A DNA stretch of 64,000 nucleotides from Candidatus Heimdallarchaeota archaeon (lineage in GTDB: Archaea > Asgardarchaeota > Heimdallarchaeia > Heimdallarchaeales > Heimdallarchaeaceae). The position numbers and the translations under genes were made by a program. Positions 50,274 through 61,185 of this stretch are shown piece by piece; positions within the stretch are counted from its first letter, which is position 1, and each line of letters begins with the position of its first letter. Below the pieces are notes generated by a model, which did not search any database, had not been told where the DNA came from, and worked only from the letters and a program-made list of their open reading frames with translations. Where the stretch lies: positions 64,001-128,000 of the forward strand of contig JAHLWR010000001.1 in NCBI GenBank assembly GCA_019057815.1. The letters are read 5' to 3'.

Positions 50274-51626
50274 ATGAAAGTAGTTATTATAGGACATGGT
50301 TCTTCTGGATGGACTACAGCAGCAACTCTTCGAGCATGGGACAGAAAATGTGAGATCACTGTTATTGATGCTAAACACTATGATGCTTATCATCCTTGTG
50401 CTATGCCTTATGCTATTGGTGGTTTGCTGGAGGATGAAACTCCACTCAAAGAATCTATGAATTATGAAAGGATGAATATTAACTTTTTACGTCGCCATAA
50501 AGCAATGAAAATCGATTGTGAAAACAAGAAGGTTTCAGTTAAAAATCTTGAGAATGAAGAATTATTTGAAGTTGAATATGATAAACTAGTTATCTGTACT
50601 GGTTCAATAGCCAAATATCCACCTATACCTGGAGCTGATGGTAAGAACATCTATGCTCTCAAATGGATAGAGGATTCAGAAACAATACGTAAAGCTGCTG
50701 CTACGGCCTCCAAAGTTGTCGTATTAGGCGCTTCAGCTATTGGGCTTGAAGTTGCTACTGAACTTGCTCATAGAGGTATTGAAACGGTTGTATTAGCTCG
50801 TTCTCGAATTATGCGTCTTCTAATTGATCCTGATTATGCTGCTGAAACTGTTAAACTTCTTGAAGAAAAACTACCAAAACTCAAAATTATCTCTAGTATT
50901 GGTATACAAGAAGTAGTTCTTGATGAAAATGGTATGGCAAAAAAAATTACTACCGATCAAGGAGATTTTGAATGTGACTTCGTTGTTGCTGCTACAGGAA
51001 TCAGAGCAGAAGTTACTTTAGCTCAAGAAGCAGGCATAAAAATTGGTGAAACAGGAGCTATTGCAACTGATGAAGAGCTTTACACTTCTGATCCGGACAT
51101 TCTAGCAGTAGGTGATTGTGCAGAGACAACACATCTTGTTTCCAATCAGAAGGTACACTCTGCTTTGGCAACTTGTTGTGTTAGAATGGCAAGAGTAGCA
51201 GCTATGACACTAGGTAAACCTGGAAAAGCGAAGTTCCCTGGGACATTGAACAACTTTATCGTTCCTTATATTGACCTTCGTGTTGGTTCTGTAGGACTTA
51301 TAAAAAAAGCAGCAGAAGATGCAGGATTTGATGTGTTAAGTGTGAAAATAAAAACACACGGTAAACCTACATACATGCCGGGTGCTAAAGAACTCTACTT
51401 CAAGATTCTTGTAGAAAAAGAAACAGGAATGATACTTGGTGCTCAAGCTATTGGACCTGATTCAATTTCTGATAATTTGAATATTGTTGCTATGGCTCTA
51501 CAGAAAAAGATGACCTTCCAAGAATTGCTAGAGGCTGATTTATGTTATGCTCCAGCGATTAATGAAACAATCTATCCAGTAACACAAGCTTTAGAGATGG
51601 TTTCTAGAAGATTATTAAGGAAATGA
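50274..51626 (+). CDS. CoA-disulfide reductase / NADH oxidase-family flavoprotein
   Basis: IIGHGSSG, redox Cys YHPCAMPY, TGS, GASAIGLE, AVGDCAE, CYAP. Confidence 0.88.
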   Translation: MKVVIIGHGSSGWTTAATLRAWDRKCEITVIDAKHYDAYHPCAMPYAIGGLLEDETPLKESMNYERMNINFLRRHKAMKIDCENKKVSVKNLENEELFEVEYDKLVICTGSIAKYPPIPGADGKNIYALKWIEDSETIRKAAATASKVVVLGASAIGLEVATELAHRGIETVVLARSRIMRLLIDPDYAAETVKLLEEKLPKLKIISSIGIQEVVLDENGMAKKITTDQGDFECDFVVAATGIRAEVTLAQEAGIKIGETGAIATDEELYTSDPDILAVGDCAETTHLVSNQKVHSALATCCVRMARVAAMTLGKPGKAKFPGTLNNFIVPYIDLRVGSVGLIKKAAEDAGFDVLSVKIKTHGKPTYMPGAKELYFKILVEKETGMILGAQAIGPDSISDNLNIVAMALQKKMTFQELLEADLCYAPAINETIYPVTQALEMVSRRLLRK

Positions 51627-51706
51627 TTCACCAATCAGTAATTTAGAAATTGTTCATTATACTTTTTTTCTTCTTCTTTGGTTTTCTTAGTGTTTTATAT
51701 CTAAAA

Positions 51707-53455
51707 TTAAACTTCTGAATGCATCATATTTTTCAAAACTGTTTCTAGTTGTGATAGTTCAAGTCTTTCTCGTAAGGAAGCTTTTTCCTCAAATAACCTA
51801 ACCCAATCATCCATTTATTTTAAAAATGACTCTTTTTCTTTGTAAATTCTTTTAACTAACGATTTTAGCCCTTTCTCACTAGCAATAGCATATGCCTTAT
51901 CTAATAACGCCTGTGCTTTTTCAATATCAAATTCTAGCAAGGCTATTTTTGATTGAAGTAAATATGTCTCTGAAAATAACCAATATGAGTGCTGACTCTT
52001 CGCGACTTCCCACAATTTGTCAACTAATTTCTTGACTTCTTCTAAAACAACCTCTTTACCTGTTTTTTCTAACTCATAAATAAGATATCCACACATGTTT
52101 AACAAAGCATCTACTGTAAAATCGTAATAAACCATTTTACCTTCAATTACTTGTTCGAAGATTTGTTGAGCCATTCCTTTCTTGGCTAATCGATCACTTC
52201 TATTATAGATTAGAGCCTTAGCCAAACTATATGCTTGGTTAATTATCTTATTCTCTTGCCTATCGTTGATTTCTTTTAAATCAGCTAAATGATTTGAAAG
52301 AACGGGAAGAGGCAAATATGCTATAAGAAAGCGGATAAAATAATATAGAGTTAAGGATGTATAAATGTCATTACCTACCTTTCTGATTAATTTATAAGCA
52401 TTATCGAAATATTCTCTAGCAACTTCTAGTTCCCCTTTATAACTATAGACTATTGCGATATTGTTTAGAGAAGTCCCAACAAAAAGCTTATTACCTGACT
52501 TTTTCTTAATCTGAAGACTTTTTTGATGATATTCCAGAGAGAGATCTAATTCTCCTCTATCTGAATAAATAATTCCGAGATGACTGAGAACAATAGATAT
52601 ACCTCTCTGATTGTCAAGCTCTTCAAATATCTTCAAGCATTTCTGGAAGGTTTGAAATGAATCTTCAATCTCACCTGAACTACGATATACATCACCAATA
52701 CCATAAAGTGCAGAACCTATCAGATACTTATTGTCAAGCTTTTGACTCAATGATAAACTTCTTTTGTAAACTTTTAGTGCTTGATTCAATTCACTCTTGT
52801 GTTTGTAAATAGCACCTTGATTCTGTAAAGATAATGCAAGAACGGGCAAATAATTAGCAGATTCACTTATCCTTATACTTTCCAAACAATAATCCATCGC
52901 TTTGTTCATTTTTCCTTGGCTTAGAAATCCTTCACTAACATTCAAAAGCGTTATAGCGGTGAAATAGTCATTACCAACGTTTAGACACAAATTAAGACTT
53001 TTTTTATGTAAGTCTAAAGATTGAACAAAATTACCTGATTTATATTCTATGACACCTTTTGATGTCAACAATCTCGCTTTTCTCGCAATAATAAGTGAGG
53101 GATCTTTTTTTGCTACTTTTTTGATATTCTTTTCCACGATTTTTATAAGACTGGACACTTCACTTTTTTTTTCTAACTTTATTAGGTTCAATATCTTATA
53201 TAATAGTCCATCAATTTCTCTCATTTTGTTTTCGTATTGTATTGCCTTATCCACAAGTTGATTTGCTGTTCTGAGCCCATCTTCATAGCAATTTATAGAA
53301 ATATAATAGGTACATTTTAAATCTAAATATGTTAATAATTTATCATCAATTAAAATTCTTGATTTTTCGATTCCCTCAATTTTCTTTTTTGCTTTAGAAT
53401 TTTTTCCTTCATAAATTAATTTATAGATATTTCCGAAATTGAAGGAATCTTTCAT
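51707..53455 (-). CDS. TPR-repeat protein interrupted by an in-frame TAA at 51815-51817; the frame continues 35 codons to 51707
   Basis: Canonical TPRs (LGIIYSDRGELDLSLEYHQKSL); after the TAA the frame reads MDDWVRLFEEKASLRERLELSQLETVLKNM. Confidence 0.8.
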
Positions 53456-53622
53456 TAAAAATTACCCACAATACACGTCACAATATGTCTTATTAAAAGT
53501 TACGTTTAAGTTTTATGGAACTACGTAATAAAGGAGTTAAATAACTCAACTTATAACATCTCAAAACATACAGTCTTTTTCTTAAAGTAATATTATTATA
53601 CATACTTTTAGACGAATAAATT

Positions 53623-55671
53623 ATGAATGATATTAAAAAGCCACCAATTGCAAAAAAAGAAATGAAGATTACAGAAATTCATGGAATTGAACTTAAGGAC
53701 GATTATTTTTGGTTACGTGATAAAGAAAATCAAGAAGTAATAGATTACCTAAATGCAGAAAATGATTATACTAAAGAAAAAACTAAACATTTGGACGATT
53801 TTACGGATAAATTATTCAATGAAATGAAAAATCGTATCAAAGAAGACGATGAAACAGTTCCTTATAAATTCAAGGATTATTTTTACTATTCAAGAACTGA
53901 AAAGGACAAAGAATATAGTATATATTGTCGAAAATACAAAAACTTAGATAATAAAGAAGAAATTCTACTTGATTTAAATGAAATGGCTAAAGGACATGAA
54001 TATTATAAATTGTATACCTCTAAAATAAGTCCTAATCAGAATATACTGGCTTACTCAATTGATGATACAGGTTATGAGAAATTAGTTATCTATTTTAAGG
54101 ATTTGACAACAGGAGAAATCTTTGCTGAAAAACTTGAAAATGTTGGTTGGAATTTTGAATGGACAGATGATAAAACGCTCTATTATACAATTAGAGATAA
54201 AGCGCAACGACCATATGCATTAAAACGACACGTGTTGGGTGCTAATCCTTCGGAAGATGCCCTAATTTTTGATGAGAAGGATGTTAAGCGGAATGTTTCT
54301 ATAAGTAAAACTAAAAATCAGAAATTCTTACTATTGAGTTCCAATTCAAAATTAAGTAATGAATATCATTTTCTTGACCTCAAAGACCATCTTGGGAAAT
54401 TTGTAGTTTTTCTACCAAGGGAAGAAAAACACGAATATATTATAAATCATAAAGATGGTTATTTCTATATTATCACAAACAAGGATGAGTCACCAAATTT
54501 CAAACTCATGCGTACTTCTATTAATAAACTTAGTATGGAAAATTGGGAAGAAATAATTGCTCACAATAAGGATGTCAAAATCGATTGGATTGAGACTTTT
54601 AAAGACTTTTCTGTAATTTCAAAAAGAGAAGAAGGATTGGATAAATTCGAGATTTTCTACGATAAAAATGATGAAAGAAATCACAACATAGAAATGCCCG
54701 AAACAGTTTATGGTGCGTGGTTTGGAGATAACCTTGAGTATTCATCTAATATTTTCAGATTTGTCTATACATCTTTAATTACTCCTAAATCAATCTATGA
54801 CTATTCTTTAAAAGAAAGAAAATTGGAATTGAAGAAGCAAGATGAAATTAAAAATTATAATAAAGAAGACTATGTCACAGAAAGAAAATATGCTATTGCC
54901 CGAGATGGTACCAAAGTTCCTATTTCTATTGTTCATAAAAAAAACATAGTTACACCTGCTCCAACATTGTTGTATGGATATGGATCTTATGGATATCCTA
55001 TGGATACTTACTTCAGTCCTTCTCGAGTCAGTTTGATAGAACGAGGGATAGTATACGTAATAGCACATGTGAGGGGTGGAGGTGAGCTTGGGAGAAAATG
55101 GTATGACGACGGTAAATTTTTGAAAAAGAAAAACACATTTTTCGATTTCATTGATTGTGCAGAATACCTGTTAAATAAAGGAATAACAACTAAAGACAAA
55201 TTTATAATACAAGGAGCAAGTGCAGGTGGCTTATTAGTAGGTGCAGTGATGACAATGAGACCTGATCTCTGTCATCTAGTTGTAGCGGAAGTACCTTTTG
55301 TAGATGTTGTTAATAGTATGTTGGATGCAAGTATACCACTTACAGCAGGGGAATGGGAAGAATGGGGTGACCCAAGTGAAAAAGACTTTTTTGATTATAT
55401 GTTATCTTATTCTCCTTATGATAATATAAAAGCTATAAATTATCCACACACTTTAGTCACCACAGGACTTAATGATCCAAGAGTAGCTTTCTGGGAACCT
55501 GCAAAATTTACAGCAAAACTTAGAGCTTTAAAAACAGACAATAATGAATTAGTACTTAAGACTAATATGGGAGCTGGGCATGGTGGCGCTTCTGGTCGAT
55601 ACGAATCCATGAAAGAAATAGCTTTTATCTACTCTTATGTGTTAGATAAAATGGGATTAGTCGACAACTAG
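53623..55671 (+). CDS. ptrB: Oligopeptidase B (S9A)
   Basis: DDYFWLRD, YGYGSYG, HVRGGGELG, GASAGG, NDPRV, GAGHGG. Confidence 0.95.
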   Translation: MNDIKKPPIAKKEMKITEIHGIELKDDYFWLRDKENQEVIDYLNAENDYTKEKTKHLDDFTDKLFNEMKNRIKEDDETVPYKFKDYFYYSRTEKDKEYSIYCRKYKNLDNKEEILLDLNEMAKGHEYYKLYTSKISPNQNILAYSIDDTGYEKLVIYFKDLTTGEIFAEKLENVGWNFEWTDDKTLYYTIRDKAQRPYALKRHVLGANPSEDALIFDEKDVKRNVSISKTKNQKFLLLSSNSKLSNEYHFLDLKDHLGKFVVFLPREEKHEYIINHKDGYFYIITNKDESPNFKLMRTSINKLSMENWEEIIAHNKDVKIDWIETFKDFSVISKREEGLDKFEIFYDKNDERNHNIEMPETVYGAWFGDNLEYSSNIFRFVYTSLITPKSIYDYSLKERKLELKKQDEIKNYNKEDYVTERKYAIARDGTKVPISIVHKKNIVTPAPTLLYGYGSYGYPMDTYFSPSRVSLIERGIVYVIAHVRGGGELGRKWYDDGKFLKKKNTFFDFIDCAEYLLNKGITTKDKFIIQGASAGGLLVGAVMTMRPDLCHLVVAEVPFVDVVNSMLDASIPLTAGEWEEWGDPSEKDFFDYMLSYSPYDNIKAINYPHTLVTTGLNDPRVAFWEPAKFTAKLRALKTDNNELVLKTNMGAGHGGASGRYESMKEIAFIYSYVLDKMGLVDN

Positions 55672-55765
55672 GTTCTTTTTTTCTTCCTCAAAATTAGGTT
55701 TTTCTTTTTTTTGTACAAACCTTTAATTAGATTATTACGCCAAATCACAAGATACACAGATTTTA

Positions 55766-56725
55766 GTGATAATATTGAATAAATACAAACCAGTTGATCC
55801 CTTGAAATCCCCGAGATTCTTAGGGATTAAGACATTCATGCGTTTACCTCACGTAAGAACATTAGAAGGGATAGATTTTGCAATTATAGGTGTTCCAGCT
55901 GATCAGGGAGCATCGTTTCGAACAGGACAAAGAGATGGACCTGCTGCTATAAGAAGAGTATCATCTTTACTGCGAGGGCATAATCCTATTTTGAACATTA
56001 GTCCATTTGAGTATGTTTCTGGAATAGATTATGGAGATTTACCTGTTGTACCAGGATATATTGAAGATAGTTATACAAAAATAGAAGAAGGTCTTTTTCC
56101 AGTAATTGAAGCAGGCATCATTCCTATACTTCTAGGAGGTGACCATGCAATAACCTTACCAGAACTCAGAGCAATTGCAAAAAAACATGGTCCAGTTGCT
56201 TTGGTGCATTTTGATGCACACAGTGATACATCAGATGAATATTTTGGGCGTCCATATAATCATGGAACACCTTTTTCAAGAGCAGTTGATGAAAATCTTC
56301 TCCTTGTTAACCATTCAATTCAAGTTGGTTTGCGAGGTTCTACATTTTCCGAAAATCATTTGGAAATACCAAAATCTATGGGGTTTGAAGTTATAACAAT
56401 GGAAGAAATACGTAAAATAGATATTGATGACTTGATTCAAAAAATAATCGATAGAGTAGGAAATGCAAAGGTTTTCCTTACTTTTGATATAGATTTTGTT
56501 GACCCTGCTTATGCTCCAGGAACGGGTACGCCTGAGGTTGGAGGAGCTACGAGTGGAGAGGCAATGAGATTGGTGAGAGGACTAAAAGATTTGAATTTTG
56601 TAGGATTTGATATTGTTGAAGTTCTACCAGCATTTGACTTATCGGAAATAACTGCTCTCCTAGCAGCAAATATTGTATATGAATTCATCTCAATAATTGC
56701 CTACAATAAAAGAAGAACATCTTAA
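55766..56725 (+). CDS. speB: Agmatinase / ureohydrolase
   Basis: GGDHAIT, DAHSD, HGTPF, DIDFVDPAYAPGTGTPE, DIVEV. Confidence 0.88.
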   Translation: MIILNKYKPVDPLKSPRFLGIKTFMRLPHVRTLEGIDFAIIGVPADQGASFRTGQRDGPAAIRRVSSLLRGHNPILNISPFEYVSGIDYGDLPVVPGYIEDSYTKIEEGLFPVIEAGIIPILLGGDHAITLPELRAIAKKHGPVALVHFDAHSDTSDEYFGRPYNHGTPFSRAVDENLLLVNHSIQVGLRGSTFSENHLEIPKSMGFEVITMEEIRKIDIDDLIQKIIDRVGNAKVFLTFDIDFVDPAYAPGTGTPEVGGATSGEAMRLVRGLKDLNFVGFDIVEVLPAFDLSEITALLAANIVYEFISIIAYNKRRTS

Positions 56726-56731
56726 AGAGTC

Positions 56732-57424
56732 TTAAGTATAAACCTGCATTGAAAGATAATTAAAAATTATTGTCAAGGGTATCTCATAGCATTGTGCATC
56801 AAGGTTTGAAGTTTCATAAAAGACTATTTCTCTATCAATGACAGAAGAAAAAACGATTCTTTCCGCTACATCTTGTCCTAGATATATCCCTTTTTCCTTC
56901 AAATCTGATTTATTGATAAACACGATTACAGGAATTTTTCTATTTTTCCTCTGTTCTTCCATACTTACCAAACTAAGGTAATGAGTAATTTTCTCTATGG
57001 AGGAAATATTTGTTCCATCAGCCATGATGATTACTAAATTTGCACCTTTAATTGCAATATCTTGCATGAAATCAAAGCGCTCTTGACCTGCAGGATCATT
57101 AAATACTACATTGAATGCTTCATCAATTGATTCAAAATCTATTGTTTCAAACTCTTTGTATTTCTTCACTATTACTTTATTAAAACGCGTTAAAACAATA
57201 ACCGAATTAACAACATTTAGAGAGATAGTTGTTGTACTGTTTGTAAAATCATTATACTTCAATGGAGTAAAATCAAGATTACTACTAACTTCCTTGAATA
57301 TTTGTCTAGCAACATCATTCTTTTCGATATCTCCAAAAAGAGTCTCTAGTAAAGTTGTTTTGCCACTACCTGTTGTACCTAAGATGGTTATTTTTTTCAT
57401 GGTTAATGATTTAGCTAACATCAT
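56732..57424 (-). CDS. Small Ras-like GTPase with an insertion between G1 and G3
   Basis: G1 GTTGSGKT, TTT switch I, G3 DPAGQERF, G4 NKSD, G5 ETS. Confidence 0.85.
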   Translation of the reverse strand: MMLAKSLTMKKITILGTTGSGKTTLLETLFGDIEKNDVARQIFKEVSSNLDFTPLKYNDFTNSTTTISLNVVNSVIVLTRFNKVIVKKYKEFETIDFESIDEAFNVVFNDPAGQERFDFMQDIAIKGANLVIIMADGTNISSIEKITHYLSLVSMEEQRKNRKIPVIVFINKSDLKEKGIYLGQDVAERIVFSSVIDREIVFYETSNLDAQCYEIPLTIIFNYLSMQVYT

Positions 57425-57513
57425 CTTTGGTACCTCAATATTATATAACCAAAGAATCTCTTCATAAGTTTTTACTTATTCCTAGTTTATGCAAAATATG
57501 AATGGATGTACTT

Positions 57514-58908
57514 TTAGAGAGATAATTTCTCGAATCTTGCTTGGAAAAATCTCAAATACTCTGGTTCATAAATCATTTTTAATCCTGCAATTGTATCTCT
57601 TTTTTCATATAGATTTATTACTGAATTTGCAACATACTCCATGTGAGTATTTGTATAAACCCTTCTAGGAATCGTTAACCTAACCAATTCTAATGCAGGG
57701 AAGATATTCTCACCAGTTTTTGAATCTCTACCTATTGAAACAGCACCTCTTTCCATAGTCCTAACTGCAGAATCTTCATATATCGCTGCTGATAATGTTT
57801 GCCCGGGCCATTGTTCTCTTTGTAGATGAGGTAGGAATTCTAATGCATTAATAAAAATTGCATGACCACCAATAGGTTTCACAATTGGGACATTAGCCTG
57901 TATAAGCAATTCTCCTAAGTAGCGAACTTGATTTATTCTATACTTTAGATATTCATATTGTGTTCCTTCCCTTAGTCCTCTTGCAAGAGCCTCCATATCT
58001 CGCCCTGCCATACCACCATAAGTATGAAGACCTTCATAGATAACTACTGAACTTCGTGTTGCTTCAAATATCTCCTTATCATTCGTTGCGATGAAACCGC
58101 CTATATTTACTAGACAATCTTTCTTCGAACTATGAATACATCCATCAGAATAACTCATCATTTCATTTAAGATGTCAATTATTGGTGTATCTTCATAACC
58201 TTTTTCCCTTTCTCTTATAAAATAAGCATTTTCACAAGAACGTGTGATATCATATATTACCTTGATTTTATAGTCATTACAAAATTCCCTTAACTTTCGA
58301 AGATTTTCCATAGAGATAGGTTGACCACCAGCCATGTTGACATTCATTTCCACATTAACAAAAGCTATCTTATCGAGTCCATATTCATCTATGTAACCTT
58401 GCAACTTCTCAAAATCTATATTGCCTTTGAAAGGGTGTAAATTTTCAGGATCATGGGCTTCATCTATTACTGTATCAATCATCTTTCCACCAGCTATCTC
58501 CACATGTAGTTTTGAAGTTGTAAAATACATATTTCTAGGAACAATTTGCCCTGGTTTTATAAGATATCTTGACATTAGATGTTCAGCAGCTCTTCCTTGA
58601 TGAGTTGGAACAACGTATTTATATCCGAGTATATCTTGTACTGCTTTTTCTAGATTATAGAAATTCTTACTGCCTGCATATGCTTCATCTCCAAGCATCA
58701 TACCAGCCCATTGATTATCAGACATAGCAGATGTACCAGAATCTGTTAAAATATCAATATAAACGTCTTCAGATAACAGCAAAAATGTATTAAATCCTGC
58801 TTCTCTTATTGCTTCTTTTCTTCTTTTTTCAGAAGGAAGATTGACAGGTTCAACAACTTTAATTTTAAATGGTTCAACTGGAGGTTGCATATTCTCAATC
58901 ATGCACAC
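57514..58908 (-). CDS. tpl: Tyrosine phenol-lyase (tryptophanase family)
   Basis: EPFKIK, TDSGT, HQGR, MYFTT, PLP Lys SSKKD, ERG..S.GR, C-terminal LRFFQARF (TPL-like rather than RHF). Confidence 0.82.
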   Translation of the reverse strand: MCMIENMQPPVEPFKIKVVEPVNLPSEKRRKEAIREAGFNTFLLLSEDVYIDILTDSGTSAMSDNQWAGMMLGDEAYAGSKNFYNLEKAVQDILGYKYVVPTHQGRAAEHLMSRYLIKPGQIVPRNMYFTTSKLHVEIAGGKMIDTVIDEAHDPENLHPFKGNIDFEKLQGYIDEYGLDKIAFVNVEMNVNMAGGQPISMENLRKLREFCNDYKIKVIYDITRSCENAYFIREREKGYEDTPIIDILNEMMSYSDGCIHSSKKDCLVNIGGFIATNDKEIFEATRSSVVIYEGLHTYGGMAGRDMEALARGLREGTQYEYLKYRINQVRYLGELLIQANVPIVKPIGGHAIFINALEFLPHLQREQWPGQTLSAAIYEDSAVRTMERGAVSIGRDSKTGENIFPALELVRLTIPRRVYTNTHMEYVANSVINLYEKRDTIAGLKMIYEPEYLRFFQARFEKLSL

Positions 58909-59122
58909 CTAAATTAAAAAGATTTTGTGGTCAAATTACCACCTGTTTCTAAAAGCTAAAACACAATTGAGTGGTACATGCGTTATGAGAGTTAAATCTT
59001 CTTGAAAAAAGTTCAAATTTTTTACTCATTTTATTAAGATAGAAAAAAAAGAATATTTCATCCAATAAGCAGATTAGATAATCTTTATATCTGGTAAGAA
59101 AAAAAATCATGTGGTTATTAAA

Positions 59123-60286
59123 ATGACAGAGTTAACAAAGACTCCGATGTGGAAAGTACATGAGGAAGCAGGAGCCCGTATGACTGATTTTGCAGGTTAC
59201 TACTTACCCGTTTCTTACACAGGTATTGATGAAGAGATTATGGCTACAAGAGAGAATGTATCCATAGTTGAAGTAACAGACATGGGTCGTTATTCCTTGA
59301 AAGGCAAATATGCATCCAAACTTATGGAACTTCTTACTCCTCGAGATATTGCTGCCATGTCTGACATGAAATGTGGTTACACTTATTATCTTAATGAAAA
59401 CGGTGGTTATCGTGATGACACAATTATTGGTAAAAAGAACGCAGAAGACTTTTTCAATGTCTGTAATGCAGGCTCTCAAACTACAAAAGTTTTAGCTTGG
59501 ATAGGTCAGTTTGTTGAAATCTTTAAAGAGATGACAGGTGAACCTCTTGAATTCAAAGATTGGACACTAGAAACCACTATGTTCGCTGTTCAAGGACCCA
59601 ATTATAAAATCATTCTAGATAATTTGGGTGTTCCTGATACTGGTAGATGGAAGATGGTTGAAGCTGAAGTAGCTGGTTGCAAATGTTTATTCACAGGAAC
59701 AGGCTACACAGGTGAGAGTGGTTTTGAAGTAGTAATCTTTGATTCTGATCTTGCAAATCCTGAAAAAGGTATTAAAGTTTGGAACGCCATTCTTGAAGCA
59801 GGCAAGGAAGTTGGTATTGCTCTTTGTGGTCTTGGTGCTCGAGATATCCTACGTTTAGAAGCTGGTTTACCTTTATATGGTGAGGACATTCATGAGGATG
59901 TTAATCCCTATGAAGCTGCCTTTGGATTTCCAGCATTCTGTAAAACTGATAAGGAACCATTTTTCTTTGGTAAAGCCGCTGTAACAAAGGCTAAACAAGA
60001 AGGCGTCAAAATTATGCATGTATGTATTAAACTCAAAGAAAAGGGTATCCCACGTGCAGGATACGACATACTGAATAAAAATGGTGAAAAAATTGGACAT
60101 ATGGTTAATGGTGGACGTTCCCCCACAATAGGAAATATTGGTATCGGTATGGGGTTTGTAGATATTGAATACTCCAAACCAAATACAGAGGTTCTAATCC
60201 AAATACGTAAGAAACAAATTCTAGCTGAAGTTGTACAAATGCCCTTTTATGACATGAAAAAATGGGGATGGAAGAGAGAAGCCTAA
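59123..60286 (+). CDS. gcvT: Glycine cleavage system aminomethyltransferase T
   Basis: FAGYYLPVSY, VQGP, TGYTGESGFE, GLGARDILRLEAG, PFYD. Confidence 0.93.
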   Translation: MTELTKTPMWKVHEEAGARMTDFAGYYLPVSYTGIDEEIMATRENVSIVEVTDMGRYSLKGKYASKLMELLTPRDIAAMSDMKCGYTYYLNENGGYRDDTIIGKKNAEDFFNVCNAGSQTTKVLAWIGQFVEIFKEMTGEPLEFKDWTLETTMFAVQGPNYKIILDNLGVPDTGRWKMVEAEVAGCKCLFTGTGYTGESGFEVVIFDSDLANPEKGIKVWNAILEAGKEVGIALCGLGARDILRLEAGLPLYGEDIHEDVNPYEAAFGFPAFCKTDKEPFFFGKAAVTKAKQEGVKIMHVCIKLKEKGIPRAGYDILNKNGEKIGHMVNGGRSPTIGNIGIGMGFVDIEYSKPNTEVLIQIRKKQILAEVVQMPFYDMKKWGWKREA

Positions 60287-60295
60287 GTTCTCCTC

Positions 60296-60325
60296 AATTT
60301 CTTTTTTATTTTTTACTTTTATTAT
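60296..60325 (+). terminator. Oligo-T archaeal terminator after gcvT
   Basis: TTTCTTTTTTATTTTTTACTTTT immediately after the stop. Confidence 0.5.
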
Positions 60326-60341
60326 CAATACTCATTGTTCA

Positions 60342-61127
60342 CTATTCAAATTCGAACTCAGCTATTTCTCCGCCTACTATATGATAATGCATGTCGATAC
60401 GCTCAGCTTTAGGGATTTTTTCACTGTTCATTTCCTTTTCAATTTTCTCTTTCAACTTATTAAATTCAACTTGAAAACTTGTCAATAATTTTAAGATTTC
60501 AAAAGTATGTCTAGGTTTAGATATCTTCATAACAAGAGGGAAGTTGGCTAAACTTCCTAGTGGATAATTTGGATTCTTGGGTTTAGCCCCGCGCATAAAT
60601 GCCTTTTCAGCATTATCTAAATTATTAAGCATAATATTTTCAAGAATACGATTATAAGCAAAACTTCTTTTCTCTTTCTTACATTGCTGTCCTAAGTCAG
60701 GATGATTTGCAAGCAGTTCCATATAAATTTTTGAGATCTCCTTATCAGACTGTTCTAATAGTTTATCAAAAACAGCCATCATCTTATCTTCTACATCTTC
60801 CTTAGAGGGTTCTCCGAAATGCCGACTTGCTAACGAGGAAAGACAATAGTAGATACCTTTGTGTGAATCTGTCATTTCGACATCGATTTCTAGTAAGGAT
60901 GGAGGTTTTTTCATTTCCTTTATATGATGGTAGATAGTAGCATCGTTCTTACCCAAAAGTTTTGCCAATTTCTTTATATTTGCTGAACCAAAATTGGTAA
61001 TTGCCATTATTATGGCGTATCTTGTCTCAATACTGTATGTTTCATCTATCTTTTTTTGAATAACTGGGTCTTTCAATGCTTCCTTCAATTTCTTGTAATC
61101 TATTTTTATTTTATCTTGTTTATTCAT
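60342..61127 (-). CDS. Winged-HTH transcriptional regulator
   Basis: ETRYAI..NIKKLAKLLGKNDATIYHHIKEM. Confidence 0.8.
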   Translation of the reverse strand: MNKQDKIKIDYKKLKEALKDPVIQKKIDETYSIETRYAIIMAITNFGSANIKKLAKLLGKNDATIYHHIKEMKKPPSLLEIDVEMTDSHKGIYYCLSSLASRHFGEPSKEDVEDKMMAVFDKLLEQSDKEISKIYMELLANHPDLGQQCKKEKRSFAYNRILENIMLNNLDNAEKAFMRGAKPKNPNYPLGSLANFPLVMKISKPRHTFEILKLLTSFQVEFNKLKEKIEKEMNSEKIPKAERIDMHYHIVGGEIAEFEFE

Positions 61128-61185
61128 CCCACTATCTCCAGTTTTAGGTTCTAACTATAGAAAATAAAGCTTTCAGATATATAAA

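Noticed and set aside
55766-56725. Ureohydrolase as formiminoglutamase (HutG) partnering hutU
   Set aside because: Motifs (HGTPF, GTGTPEVGG, N-terminal PRF.G..TF.RLP) fit the agmatinase/guanidinobutyrase group better, and it is not adjacent to hutU
58909-59122. Glycine riboswitch upstream of gcvT; GTGGT-N6-ACCAC palindrome at 58927-58942
   Set aside because: The region is AT-rich with no riboswitch core or stems; the 5-bp-arm palindrome occurs once and could be chance
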